54,958 nt of DNA, from the IMG/VR virus record IMGVR_UViG_3300020214_002535, positions 1 through 54,958 of that record, one strand, 5' to 3'. Shown here piece after piece: positions 28,692-37,985 of the stretch. This DNA is from a virus (Duplodnaviria > Caudoviricetes). The position numbers and the translations under genes are program-made. The notes beneath the pieces are model-generated. The model did not search any database. It was not told where the DNA came from and was given only the letters and a program-made list of their open reading frames with translations. Each line of letters starts with the position of its first letter. Position 1 is the first letter of the stretch.

Positions 28692-29053
28692 TGCAAGGTG
28701 AAGCTCTTTATGAATCAATTTCTAAGTTACTATCCGAACGTTTAACTAAAAGAAAAGGAGAAAAACTTACTTCTCAAGTTTGTTCAGAGATTTACCAAGA
28801 CATTTTCTTTTCTTTATCCGAAATTGTTAAAGAGTCTTCAGCTTCTTTAACAAATGAATCTGTAAATTTTATAGCGCAGATGTATTATGATGCTGTAACT
28901 ATAAATGGAAATCAAGAGTTAGATCCAAATATATTTACGCAAAGAGCTAGTCTTTCTAATATAGAAACAAAAGAAATTGCTTTGATGGCAATGATGTTTA
29001 ATAAGACTCCGTTTGCAATACCGTTTATTGCCGAAGTAAAAAAGCGATCATGA
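28688..29053 (+). CDS. Hypothetical protein
   Basis: 121-aa ORF with ATGA-type overlaps to both neighbours. Confidence 0.7.
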   Translation: MMQGEALYESISKLLSERLTKRKGEKLTSQVCSEIYQDIFFSLSEIVKESSASLTNESVNFIAQMYYDAVTINGNQELDPNIFTQRASLSNIETKEIALMAMMFNKTPFAIPFIAEVKKRS

Positions 29054-29979
29054 AAGTACACCTTGATAATGTCAACATGAGCTCAAGCTCTGGTCCAAAC
29101 TCTTTTGGAAAGAGATTAGCTATGGCATTAATAGAATCTGGTCATGAAGTTGAATTGCATGATGGAACGCATGCTGATGTTTCAATAGTTTTCATTGAAC
29201 CTTCAGGAAGACCTTTAGCAAAAAAAGTCATCCAGAGGTTGGACGGAATTTGGTTTTCACCTGAAGAATTTGAAACAAAAAATTCTTCAATAAAAAAGTT
29301 ATATCAATCAGCAGATGGAGTCATTTGGCAATCTGAATTTGATAAAGAAATGATTACAAAGTGGTGGAAATTTCCTAAAAAAGGTGCCGTAATTCATAAT
29401 GGTATAAATGCACGTGAAATTAAAAAATTTCAAATACCTGCATTAGAGCAAATCAGGCAACAGTATGAAATGCTATTTGTGTGCTCTGCAAACTGGCATC
29501 CTCAAAAACGTTTGTTACAAAACATAGAGTTATATAAACATTTAAGAAATTTTTATTCTTCGGCTGCTCTTATAGTTCTAGGATCTAACCCAATAAAAGT
29601 TGCCGATCCTCACATTTTTTATGCAGGATCCCAACCCCATGAAATTTGTTTAGAAATTTTTTCTGCTGCAAATTGGATGCTTCATCTTGCTTGGCTAGAT
29701 CATTGTCCAAATACAGTTATAGAATCTTTGTCACAAGGAACCCCAGTAATATGTTCTGAGCATGGAGGGACAAAGGAACTTATTAAAGGATATGGAATTA
29801 TTCTTAACGAAAAAGTTAACTATAATTTTGAGTTAACAGATTATGAAAATCCTCCAAAAATTGATGTAAAACAAATAAAGAATAAGCTTCCTAACAAAAG
29901 CGAATTATCAAATTGTTTTGATATAACTATGAAAAATTGCTTATCAAATTATATAAATTTTATTAAAGAAATAGTATGA
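29050..29979 (+). CDS. GT4-like glycosyltransferase
   Basis: SGP..F, QRLDG, VIHNG, DHCPNTVIESLSQGTPVI...GGTKEL. Confidence 0.85.
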   Translation: MKVHLDNVNMSSSSGPNSFGKRLAMALIESGHEVELHDGTHADVSIVFIEPSGRPLAKKVIQRLDGIWFSPEEFETKNSSIKKLYQSADGVIWQSEFDKEMITKWWKFPKKGAVIHNGINAREIKKFQIPALEQIRQQYEMLFVCSANWHPQKRLLQNIELYKHLRNFYSSAALIVLGSNPIKVADPHIFYAGSQPHEICLEIFSAANWMLHLAWLDHCPNTVIESLSQGTPVICSEHGGTKELIKGYGIILNEKVNYNFELTDYENPPKIDVKQIKNKLPNKSELSNCFDITMKNCLSNYINFIKEIV

Positions 29980-30311
29980 TAAAAAAAGTCGAAAAGGGAT
30001 GGGGTTATGAACTCTGGATCCACAATGATGAAAAGTATTGTGGAAAACTTTTATTTTTTTTCAAAGGTAAAAAATGTAGCCTTCATTATCACAAGTTGAA
30101 ACACGAAACCTTCTATGTTCAATCTGGTTCTCTTAAGTGCACGTTCATAGATGGTGATAAAACAGAAAACGTAGTGTTGTCTCCTGGTGATGTTAAAGAA
30201 ATACATCCTGGTTTGATTCATCAAATGGAAGCAATCGAAGATACTGTTATGTTTGAGTTTTCAACGCAGCATTTTGATGAAGACAGTTATAGATTACAAA
30301 AAGGTGACTAA
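29976..30311 (+). CDS. Cupin, sugar-isomerase-like (PMI type II C-terminal / D-lyxose ketol-isomerase-like)
   Basis: VEKGWGYE, SLHYHKLKHETFYV, PGLIHQM, EFST.H...DSYR. Confidence 0.85.
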   Translation: MIKKVEKGWGYELWIHNDEKYCGKLLFFFKGKKCSLHYHKLKHETFYVQSGSLKCTFIDGDKTENVVLSPGDVKEIHPGLIHQMEAIEDTVMFEFSTQHFDEDSYRLQKGD

Positions 30312-31156
30312 TGGGCTTAGGTGGGTATTTAACTTGGACAGCTGTTGCAAGAGAAATTTGTAAAGCAGCTAATGTTCGAAAAGTTTTTCCGTTTGAACAG
30401 CACGGAATGTTAGTCAAAACAATAAAGACATCTATTTTTGAGAATAATCCTTTTATTCAACAAGAATATGAAAGCGATGTAATTGCATTTCCAATGCAAC
30501 TAAACAATCATGCCACAAACTACTGTAAAAAAGATACCTCAGAAAAAGCCGTTCATAGACATGACAAGCATATTATTGAACAAATATGCGAGTTTTATGG
30601 AATTAAAAACCCTAAATTAAAATGTGAACTTTATTTAAATGAGCAAGAAAACAAATTTACAAATCAATTATTGAGTCTTTTTAATTTAAAAGATAACTTC
30701 TTAGTTATTGAACCGCAATCAAATGATGAATATACTGTAAACAAACTTTATTCAATACAAAAATGGCAAACTGTTGTAGACTCTTTAGTAAAAGAAGGAC
30801 AAACTATAGTTCAAGTAGGACGTCCAACAACATCTAATAAACTTTCAAACGTAATTGACTTAACTGGAAAAACTAGTTTTAGAGAAGCAGCTTCTATAAT
30901 TTCTAAATCAAAACTTTTTATTTCTTCTGAAGGCGGTCTGATGCATGCTGCTAATGCAGTGGGTGCTAGAAGCGTAATCCTATTTACTGGATTTATTCAT
31001 CCTACGATGACAGGATATCCAGAAAACAAAAATATTTGGATTGGCAAAGATCATGGCCCTTGCGGAATGAAAGTTTTTTGTAATAATTGCAAAAAAAATG
31101 TTGAAAATCATGATCCATTAGAAATAGTTCAAGCAGTTAAGGAACTACTAAAATGA
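30311..31156 (+). CDS. GT9 (ADP-heptose heptosyltransferase-like) glycosyltransferase
   Basis: MGLGG, ENNP, IDLTGKTSFRE, FISSEGGLMHAANAVG...LF, GPC...C..C. Confidence 0.85.
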   Translation: MGLGGYLTWTAVAREICKAANVRKVFPFEQHGMLVKTIKTSIFENNPFIQQEYESDVIAFPMQLNNHATNYCKKDTSEKAVHRHDKHIIEQICEFYGIKNPKLKCELYLNEQENKFTNQLLSLFNLKDNFLVIEPQSNDEYTVNKLYSIQKWQTVVDSLVKEGQTIVQVGRPTTSNKLSNVIDLTGKTSFREAASIISKSKLFISSEGGLMHAANAVGARSVILFTGFIHPTMTGYPENKNIWIGKDHGPCGMKVFCNNCKKNVENHDPLEIVQAVKELLK

Positions 31157-32058
31157 AAGCCTTAGTAACCGGTGGCCTTGGTTTCGTCGGGAGCAATATA
31201 ATAAAAGCTCTTAATAATCGAGGAGCTAATGTTTATGTTATTGACGATTTAAACGGAAACAACGAATACGTTTTAAAAACTATCAATTTCGTAGAATTAA
31301 TTAGCAAAGAAAAATTTCATGATGATATTATTAGAGAACTTGGCGTCGATGTAGTTTTTCACCAAGGAGCAATTACTGATACAACGTTTCAAGATGAAAC
31401 CGAAATGACTCGAGTTAATCTAGGGCTTAGTTCTAACGTTTTTAGACAATGCAAAAACAACGATGTCAGGTTAATCTATGCCTCGTCGGCTGCTGTTTAT
31501 GGATTAGGCGATAATGGATTTAAAGAAGAACCACTTTGCGAATCTCCTCTTAACATTTATGGAGAATCAAAACTAAGGTTTGATAATTTCGTTAGAAGTC
31601 AAATAGCCAAAAATCAAGTTGTTGGATTAAGATATTTTAACGTTTATGGTCAAAACGAAAATCACAAAGCAAAGATGGCCTCTCCCTTAAATCAATTTTT
31701 TCATCAAGCCAAGAAGGACGGAGAAATTAGAGTTTTTGAAGGTAGCGAAAATTTTCATAGAGACTTTATATGCGTAGAAGATGTTGTCGACGTAAACATG
31801 TTCTTTTTAGAAAATCAAAGCATATCAGGTATTTTTAATTGTGGAACGGGGAATACGGCGACGTTTCAAGATGCTGCGAATGTTGTTTCGACAGTTCTAG
31901 AAATTCCTATCAAGACAATACCATTTCCAGATATTTTAAAAGGAAAATATCAAGCATATACGAAATCTGAAGTTTCAAAGTTGCGATCAGCTGGATATAA
32001 AAAATCTTTTTCTAACTTTAAAATTGCTGCGACGTCTTATGTGAAGTCGATGCTATGA
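31153..32058 (+). CDS. hldD: ADP-L-glycero-D-manno-heptose 6-epimerase
   Basis: TGGLGFVGSNIIKALN.RG, FHQGA, YASSAAVYG, PLNIYGESK, GLRYFNVYG..E.HK..MAS, RDFI, LKGKYQAYT...KLR.AGY. Confidence 0.92.
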   Translation: MKALVTGGLGFVGSNIIKALNNRGANVYVIDDLNGNNEYVLKTINFVELISKEKFHDDIIRELGVDVVFHQGAITDTTFQDETEMTRVNLGLSSNVFRQCKNNDVRLIYASSAAVYGLGDNGFKEEPLCESPLNIYGESKLRFDNFVRSQIAKNQVVGLRYFNVYGQNENHKAKMASPLNQFFHQAKKDGEIRVFEGSENFHRDFICVEDVVDVNMFFLENQSISGIFNCGTGNTATFQDAANVVSTVLEIPIKTIPFPDILKGKYQAYTKSEVSKLRSAGYKKSFSNFKIAATSYVKSML

Positions 32059-32480
32059 ACAACAACACAATTTTTACTAACGGGTGTTTCGATATTCTGC
32101 ACGCAGGGCACATTCAACTTCTCAAAGAATGTAAAAAACTTGCCGGAGATGACGGTAAAGTTATAGTTGGTTTAAACAGTGACGTCAGCGTAAAAAAACT
32201 AAAAGGCGAATCTCGACCTGTCAACGATCAGGATTCTAGAAAACTACTCCTAGAATCTTTAAGATTTGTCGACGAAGTTATTATTTTCGAAGAAGAAACG
32301 CCAGAACTGTTAATAGAAAAAATACGCCCAGACATACTTGTAAAAGGCGGAGATTATTCCATAGACCAAATTGTAGGAAAACAATATACAAAAAAAGTTG
32401 TAATATTTCCATATGTCGATGGAAAATCAACAACAAACACAATTGAAAAACTCTCAAAGAGTTTTAGTCATTGGCGATAG
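32055..32480 (+). CDS. rfaE2: D-glycero-beta-D-manno-heptose 1-phosphate nucleotidyltransferase (stand-alone HldE domain II)
   Basis: FTNGCFDILHAGH, GLNSD.SV..LKG..RP, PDILVKGGDY, GKSTT. Confidence 0.92.
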   Translation: MNNNTIFTNGCFDILHAGHIQLLKECKKLAGDDGKVIVGLNSDVSVKKLKGESRPVNDQDSRKLLLESLRFVDEVIIFEEETPELLIEKIRPDILVKGGDYSIDQIVGKQYTKKVVIFPYVDGKSTTNTIEKLSKSFSHWR

Positions 32481-33207
32481 TTGCGAAGACGTATATCATT
32501 ACGGGACCTGCGAAAGACTGAGTCCCGAAGCCCCGGTTCCAATTTTGAGGTTGACGAAAATTGAAACCAAACCTGGCATGTGTCTTAACGTTGCTAAAAA
32601 CCTAGAAGGATTAGGTTTATCTGTCGACATTATTACTCAAAGCGAGATCATTAAGAAAAATAGATACGTCGAAGAGAAACGATTGGTTCATTTGTTAAGA
32701 ATGGACGAAGAACAAGCTAAGGTCACTAAACTTAAATTAAAAGACGTTGAAGAAGCTTTGAGAAATTGCGACTATAGCGCCCTCGTTATATCCGATTATA
32801 ATAAGGGTTTTTTAACTCATTCATCATGTGAAGAATTGGTAAATCTTGTTGACAACAAAATTCCTATCTTTGTCGATAGTAAAAAGCAAGACTTATCCTG
32901 CTTCACTAATTGCGTTATTAAAATAAACAAAGTAGAAAATGAAGCAATTAAATCTCTGCCTCTAAAATGCGATTTGATAGTTACTCTTGGCGAAGAAGGG
33001 GCGATTTGGAATGACAGGCATTATCCAACCGTCAAGTCGAAGTTGTATGATGTCTGCGGAGCTGGTGATACTTTTCTAGCAGGCTTAACGTTTGAATTTC
33101 TAAGAACGTCATCTTTAAACGATGCAATTTTATTTGCCAATAAGTGTGCTAGTATTTCAGTTACTCATTTTGGAAACTTTATCTTAAGGCAATCAGATGT
33201 CATTTGA
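32413..33207 (+). CDS. rfaE1: Heptose-7-phosphate kinase (stand-alone HldE domain I, PfkB family)
   Basis: VLVIGD, RLSPEAPVPIL, ISDYNKG, VTLGEEGA, DVCGAGDTF. Confidence 0.9.
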   Translation: MSMENQQQTQLKNSQRVLVIGDSCEDVYHYGTCERLSPEAPVPILRLTKIETKPGMCLNVAKNLEGLGLSVDIITQSEIIKKNRYVEEKRLVHLLRMDEEQAKVTKLKLKDVEEALRNCDYSALVISDYNKGFLTHSSCEELVNLVDNKIPIFVDSKKQDLSCFTNCVIKINKVENEAIKSLPLKCDLIVTLGEEGAIWNDRHYPTVKSKLYDVCGAGDTFLAGLTFEFLRTSSLNDAILFANKCASISVTHFGNFILRQSDVI

Positions 33208-33805
33208 AGGGGTTATACTAGACTTTGATGGTACCTTATGTGACTCTTCAAACGTGCACAAAATTGCTTTTATAGAAGCAATAAAAAATTTTGGATATAC
33301 ATGGTGTAATACAAAAGAAAAAGAATATAATAAAAATAAAAATTTAAAAACACTTTTTAAGTTAAAGAATTTTGCAAATTTAGGGTTAATAGAAGCTAAA
33401 CATATTAATGAAATAAATGAATTAAAACAGTTTTTAATGAAACAAAAAATTCATCTATTAAAAATAGATAAAAAGGTTTCTAATTTTTTAAAATCTCTTA
33501 CTAACAAAAAGATTTTTATAGCGTCTGATGCAAATAAAGAAACAATCTTATCAGTTTTAAAATTTAATAAAATAGAAAATATCTTTCAAGGTGTTATTAC
33601 TTCAAAAGAAGTCGAACTATCTTGCAAACCAGCTCCAGACATTTATTTAAAATGTTTAGAAATAATGAATTTAAATCCGAAAGATATAGTAGCTTTTGAA
33701 GATACAGAAGAAGGACTAATCTCAGCTAAAAAAGCAGGTATTTTTAATGTTCATTTATGTACATGTAAAACGTTATACGATATATTAAAAAGAATAAATG
33801 ATTAA
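33197..33805 (+). CDS. HAD-family phosphatase (beta-PGM-like)
   Basis: DFDGTLCDS, IAS, KPAPDIY, FEDTEEG..SAKKAG. Confidence 0.88.
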   Translation: MSFEGVILDFDGTLCDSSNVHKIAFIEAIKNFGYTWCNTKEKEYNKNKNLKTLFKLKNFANLGLIEAKHINEINELKQFLMKQKIHLLKIDKKVSNFLKSLTNKKIFIASDANKETILSVLKFNKIENIFQGVITSKEVELSCKPAPDIYLKCLEIMNLNPKDIVAFEDTEEGLISAKKAGIFNVHLCTCKTLYDILKRIND

Positions 33806-34685
33806 AATAGCGATTAATAGAAAGCCTGTCATTGGACCATATGGCGGAGGCAACAATTTTATCAAGGCTGTTTATTCTTCTGTTCCATCTAATGTTAAGT
33901 TAACAAATCATTTAGAGAATGATGTGGATTTAATTTTTTTAGTTGATCCACGTAAAGATGAGTTTTTTGATGTAAATGATGTAGCTAAATTCATACAACA
34001 AAAAAAGATTCCTGTTGTTCAAAGAATTAACGAATGTGATGCAAGAAAAAACACTGAACATATGGATCATCTATTGCTTCAATGTAGCACAATTAATAAT
34101 AAAACCATTTTTGTTAGTAACTGGATGAAAAGCTACTTTAACGCTAAGGGATGGGCTAGCAAAAATCAACATGTTTTATACAATGGAGTCGACGATGTTT
34201 TTTTTAACTTAAAAGTCGATAAAAAAAATGATGATGTTTTAAAAGTAGTAACTCATCATTGGTCGAACAATTACTTAAAGGGATTTGACGTTTACGAATT
34301 TTTAGATTATCTTAGCGTAAAAAATGATAAAATATCTTTTACGTACATCGGAAGAGATAGAGGGACATTTAGTAATTCTAAAACTATACCTCCTTTGCAC
34401 GGACAAGCATTAGCTGAAGAACTTTCTAAGTATGACGTTTATGTCAGCGCATCTAGAAACGATCCCGGACCTAATCATGTGTTAGAAGCTTTAGCTGTCG
34501 GATTACCTACATACGTACATGCAGAAGGTGGCGGAGGAGTTGAGTTCGTTGACCAAGAACACGTCTATAAAAATTTCTTTGAAATTGAAAAAATATTGCT
34601 TGAAAAGAATATTTTAAAAAATTCTAAGATTCCCATGAAATGGGAAGATTCAATGAAATCTTTTTGGGAAATAATGCTTAATTAG
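33798..34685 (+). CDS. GT4-like glycosyltransferase, paralog of 29050-29979
   Basis: GPYGGGNNF, QRINE, YNGVD, KG, DPGPNHVLEALAVGLP. Confidence 0.85.
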   Translation: MIKIAINRKPVIGPYGGGNNFIKAVYSSVPSNVKLTNHLENDVDLIFLVDPRKDEFFDVNDVAKFIQQKKIPVVQRINECDARKNTEHMDHLLLQCSTINNKTIFVSNWMKSYFNAKGWASKNQHVLYNGVDDVFFNLKVDKKNDDVLKVVTHHWSNNYLKGFDVYEFLDYLSVKNDKISFTYIGRDRGTFSNSKTIPPLHGQALAEELSKYDVYVSASRNDPGPNHVLEALAVGLPTYVHAEGGGGVEFVDQEHVYKNFFEIEKILLEKNILKNSKIPMKWEDSMKSFWEIMLN

Positions 34686-35185
34686 TGATAACAATGAAAA
34701 ACTATTTTTCGCATGAAACAGCAATCGTAGAATCGCAAGATATTGGCGAAGGTACGAAGATTTGGGCTTTTACTCACATAAGTAAAAATGCAAAAATAGG
34801 AAAAAATTGCAATATCGGAGAAGGAGTTTATATCGGCTGCGGAGTAACGATAGGAGATAATGTAAAAATCCAAAATCACTCATTGTTATATGAAGGAGTT
34901 ACAATAGAAGATGACGTCTTTATTGGTCCAAATGTCATTACGACTAATGACATTTTCCCTAGAGCCTCAAATGGAGATTGGTCACACAAATTTAGAACAA
35001 CCTTGTTTAAAAAAGGTTGTTCAGTTGGAGCAAATTCTACAATAGTTTGTGGAATTGAAATTGGTACTCAAGCAATGATTGGAGCAGGAAGCGTCGTTAC
35101 AAAAAGCGTAAATGACGAAACGTTAGTTTACGGAAATCCAGCAAAACCAAGAAAGAAAGTTAGCAATACTAATTATGATAAATGA
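34685..35185 (+). CDS. Left-handed beta-helix sugar N-acyltransferase (WbpD/WxcM-like)
   Basis: HETAIVE...IGEGTKIW, hexapeptide repeats, FIGPNV.TTND..PR, GANSTI, GAGSVVTK, GNPA. Start is GTG 34685 or ATG 34694. Confidence 0.9.
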   Translation: MITMKNYFSHETAIVESQDIGEGTKIWAFTHISKNAKIGKNCNIGEGVYIGCGVTIGDNVKIQNHSLLYEGVTIEDDVFIGPNVITTNDIFPRASNGDWSHKFRTTLFKKGCSVGANSTIVCGIEIGTQAMIGAGSVVTKSVNDETLVYGNPAKPRKKVSNTNYDK

Positions 35186-36035
35186 TTATGAAATTGTAAT
35201 TGCTACGATGGTAGCAAACATTGAGTTGACTGGATACAATCTTGTAACTCAAGCTGCTTGCAAATCTTGGGCAAATGCAAATTTTGTTGATAGAGTTGTC
35301 GTCGTCGACGGACAGTCTGTAGACAACACAGCAGAACTAATTAAATCATTCGTAGGACCAAAATGTGAAATAGTTGTTAATGAAATTCCTTGGCCAATAG
35401 AAAAATGGACATGGAAAATTATTCATTCAATGGAAAACACGGCGTTTAATTACGTAAAGTCGATATCAAACCCAAAAAAACTGTATATATTTCTTTCTTC
35501 AGATAACGTTTTTACTGATGAAGCCATTCAAGAATTACATGATGTATGTAATAAATTGATTGAAAGTGATAAACATGATTACATTAATTTAACTTTTCAA
35601 AAGGCAATAACTCTTAATTTTATTTCTAAAATATATCCATTGATGAAAGGATGGCACGTAACTTCTATTACAAAACTTAATGAAAGTATACAATGGGGAG
35701 AAATTTCGCTATACGAAAATAGTATAAAAGTTAATAGAGAAATATCCGGTCTATTTTATGACTTTAAAAATCCAGCAATATGTTATGATTTGTTTTGTTT
35801 TACGAAACAAAATATTTTAGACAAACTATCAAGACATGTAGATTCTTCCATATCAAAAATTGATATTGATGATTTTATTGTCAATCAATTTTTAAGAAAA
35901 TTAAAAAAGCTAGGAATAAAAAAATTTGAACAAAAAAATCATCCTGCTGTATCCATGCATTTTATTGAAAAGTTAAATGAAACTCATTTTGGATATGACT
36001 TGTTCGGAAATATAAAATTATTAAACAACGTATAA
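35175..36035 (+). CDS. GT2-like protein (divergent)
   Basis: VDRVVVVDGQSVDNT; FLSSD at the DxD position. Confidence 0.6.
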   Translation: MINDYEIVIATMVANIELTGYNLVTQAACKSWANANFVDRVVVVDGQSVDNTAELIKSFVGPKCEIVVNEIPWPIEKWTWKIIHSMENTAFNYVKSISNPKKLYIFLSSDNVFTDEAIQELHDVCNKLIESDKHDYINLTFQKAITLNFISKIYPLMKGWHVTSITKLNESIQWGEISLYENSIKVNREISGLFYDFKNPAICYDLFCFTKQNILDKLSRHVDSSISKIDIDDFIVNQFLRKLKKLGIKKFEQKNHPAVSMHFIEKLNETHFGYDLFGNIKLLNNV

Positions 36036-36053
36036 TAAGATAGCTTATTTAAA

Positions 36054-37157
36054 ATGAAAATTCCTTTTAATAATTTGTATGAGTTAAACAAGAGCTTTAA
36101 AGACAAATTTTTAAAAGATGTAGAAAACATATTTGAAAACAGCGATTTTGTAGGAGGCAAATTTGTAGAATCTTTTGAAGAAAAATTCTCTAACTTTACT
36201 GGAAATAAACATGCTGTAGCTACGTCGAGCGGTTCTGATTCTTTATCAATTATAATTAGAGCTTATAATTTGAGACCAGATGATGGCGTAATCTATTATC
36301 CTGCTAATACATTCATAGGTTCTGTATTAGGCGCTTTACAATTAGGTTTTAAGTGTAAACCATATGACGTTAATTTGCAAACATTTAATGCAGAAAAAGA
36401 ATCATACTTACAAATTGGTGATGATGCTATAGCAGTCATAGCAGTTCACTTGTATGGGTATGGGTTAAAAAGCATAGAACATTTACAAAAAATTTGTAAA
36501 GATAAAAAAATTCTTCTTTTTGAAGATTGTTCTCAATCACATTTTCAAACAATTAATAAGACTCAAAAGCAAGTTTCAAATTTCGGTGATGCTTCATTTT
36601 TTTCCATGTATCCTGGAAAAAACTTTGGTGCAGCTGGACAAGCTGGGGCTATTTGTGTAAATGATAAATCAATTTCTGATAGAATGAAAGCTATTAGAAA
36701 CTATGGTGCTCCTAAAAAATATGAGCATTCATATAAGGGTTTTAATCATAGAATGGATTCTATTCAAGCAGCATTTTTACTTAGAAAATTTGACGTTATG
36801 CAAAATGAAATTTCTAGGCGCCGCAAAATTGCAAAAAAATACTTAGAAAACATAAACGTTAATTCATTTACATTAATGAATGTAGAAAGCGACGAAAGCG
36901 TTTGGCATATTTTTCCAATCGTAGCTGATAATAGAGATTCTTTAATTGAGCATTTAACAAAAAGAAATATAGAAACAGTAATTCATTATCCTAAAAACAT
37001 ACATCAATTTGATACATGGCAAGGACAGCTAATAAAATCAGAAACTAAAAATGCAGATTTATTAGCATCAAAAGTTTTAAGCATTCCATGTCATGGAGCA
37101 ATGTCTGATGAAGAAACAGATTATGTAATAGAGGCAATAAATGACTTTCGTGAATAA
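36054..37157 (+). CDS. DegT/DnrJ/EryC1/StrS PLP-dependent sugar aminotransferase (FdtB/WbpE-like)
   Basis: VHLYG, EDCSQSH, SMYPGKNFGA.G..GA, GFNHRMD.IQAA, WHIF, IHYP, LSIP. Confidence 0.92.
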   Translation: MKIPFNNLYELNKSFKDKFLKDVENIFENSDFVGGKFVESFEEKFSNFTGNKHAVATSSGSDSLSIIIRAYNLRPDDGVIYYPANTFIGSVLGALQLGFKCKPYDVNLQTFNAEKESYLQIGDDAIAVIAVHLYGYGLKSIEHLQKICKDKKILLFEDCSQSHFQTINKTQKQVSNFGDASFFSMYPGKNFGAAGQAGAICVNDKSISDRMKAIRNYGAPKKYEHSYKGFNHRMDSIQAAFLLRKFDVMQNEISRRRKIAKKYLENINVNSFTLMNVESDESVWHIFPIVADNRDSLIEHLTKRNIETVIHYPKNIHQFDTWQGQLIKSETKNADLLASKVLSIPCHGAMSDEETDYVIEAINDFRE

Positions 37158-37980
37158 TCCTTCAAAAACTTTATTGATTGGAAATGGATACTGGGGGAAA
37201 ATTATAAAAAATAATTTAAAAAATGAACCAATCGTTTTTGACTCGTTAACTGATTCATCAGCTGAGTTAGATAGCCTATTATCAAATTCAAATTACGTCA
37301 TTATTGCAACTCCTGCATCGACTCATTTCGAGTTGGTATCAAAAGCTTTGAATTTTCAATGTAATGTTTTTTGTGAAAAACCTCTATGTTTATCATTGCA
37401 TGAATCTCAAAAACTTTTTGAAGCGGCAAAGAGCGTCAATAAAAACCTATATGTAGACTGGATATTTCTGTGTAATCCAGTCATTAGAACAATTAAAAAT
37501 TTAATTGACAATCGTCGATTTGGAAAGCTGATTCATGCATCTATGAATCGACTAAATTTAGGACCTATTCGAAATGACGTCTCCGCGACACAAGATTTAG
37601 CATCTCACGATTTATCAATTTTAAGTTATTTAGTCAATGAAAACTTAACAGCAACTAAATTTGAACACTCATTGTCAAACGATATCAAGCCAAGTACATC
37701 TTGTGTAAAAGTAAATTGGTCTAACGGCGATGCGGTCATTAATGTAAGCTGGAGCTATCCTATAAAAAACAGAACTTGCGTTTTTAGTTTTGAAAAAGCG
37801 ACTGTACATTGGGATGATTGTTTAGATATTTTTTATATCAATGGAAAAAAGCAAACCATAAAAAAGAAACTTTCTCCTTTGCAAGTTTCTTTAAACGATT
37901 TTTTCTCGAATGAGTATGACAAAGAATTGAATGAAAAAATCACATTAAGCGTTGCTAGCTTATTAGAAACTAATCATTAA
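37141..37980 (+). CDS. Gfo/Idh/MocA oxidoreductase
   Basis: IGNGYWG, IATPASTH, FCEKP, DLASHD. Confidence 0.88.
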   Translation: MTFVNNPSKTLLIGNGYWGKIIKNNLKNEPIVFDSLTDSSAELDSLLSNSNYVIIATPASTHFELVSKALNFQCNVFCEKPLCLSLHESQKLFEAAKSVNKNLYVDWIFLCNPVIRTIKNLIDNRRFGKLIHASMNRLNLGPIRNDVSATQDLASHDLSILSYLVNENLTATKFEHSLSNDIKPSTSCVKVNWSNGDAVINVSWSYPIKNRTCVFSFEKATVHWDDCLDIFYINGKKQTIKKKLSPLQVSLNDFFSNEYDKELNEKITLSVASLLETNH

Positions 37981-37985
37981 AAATT

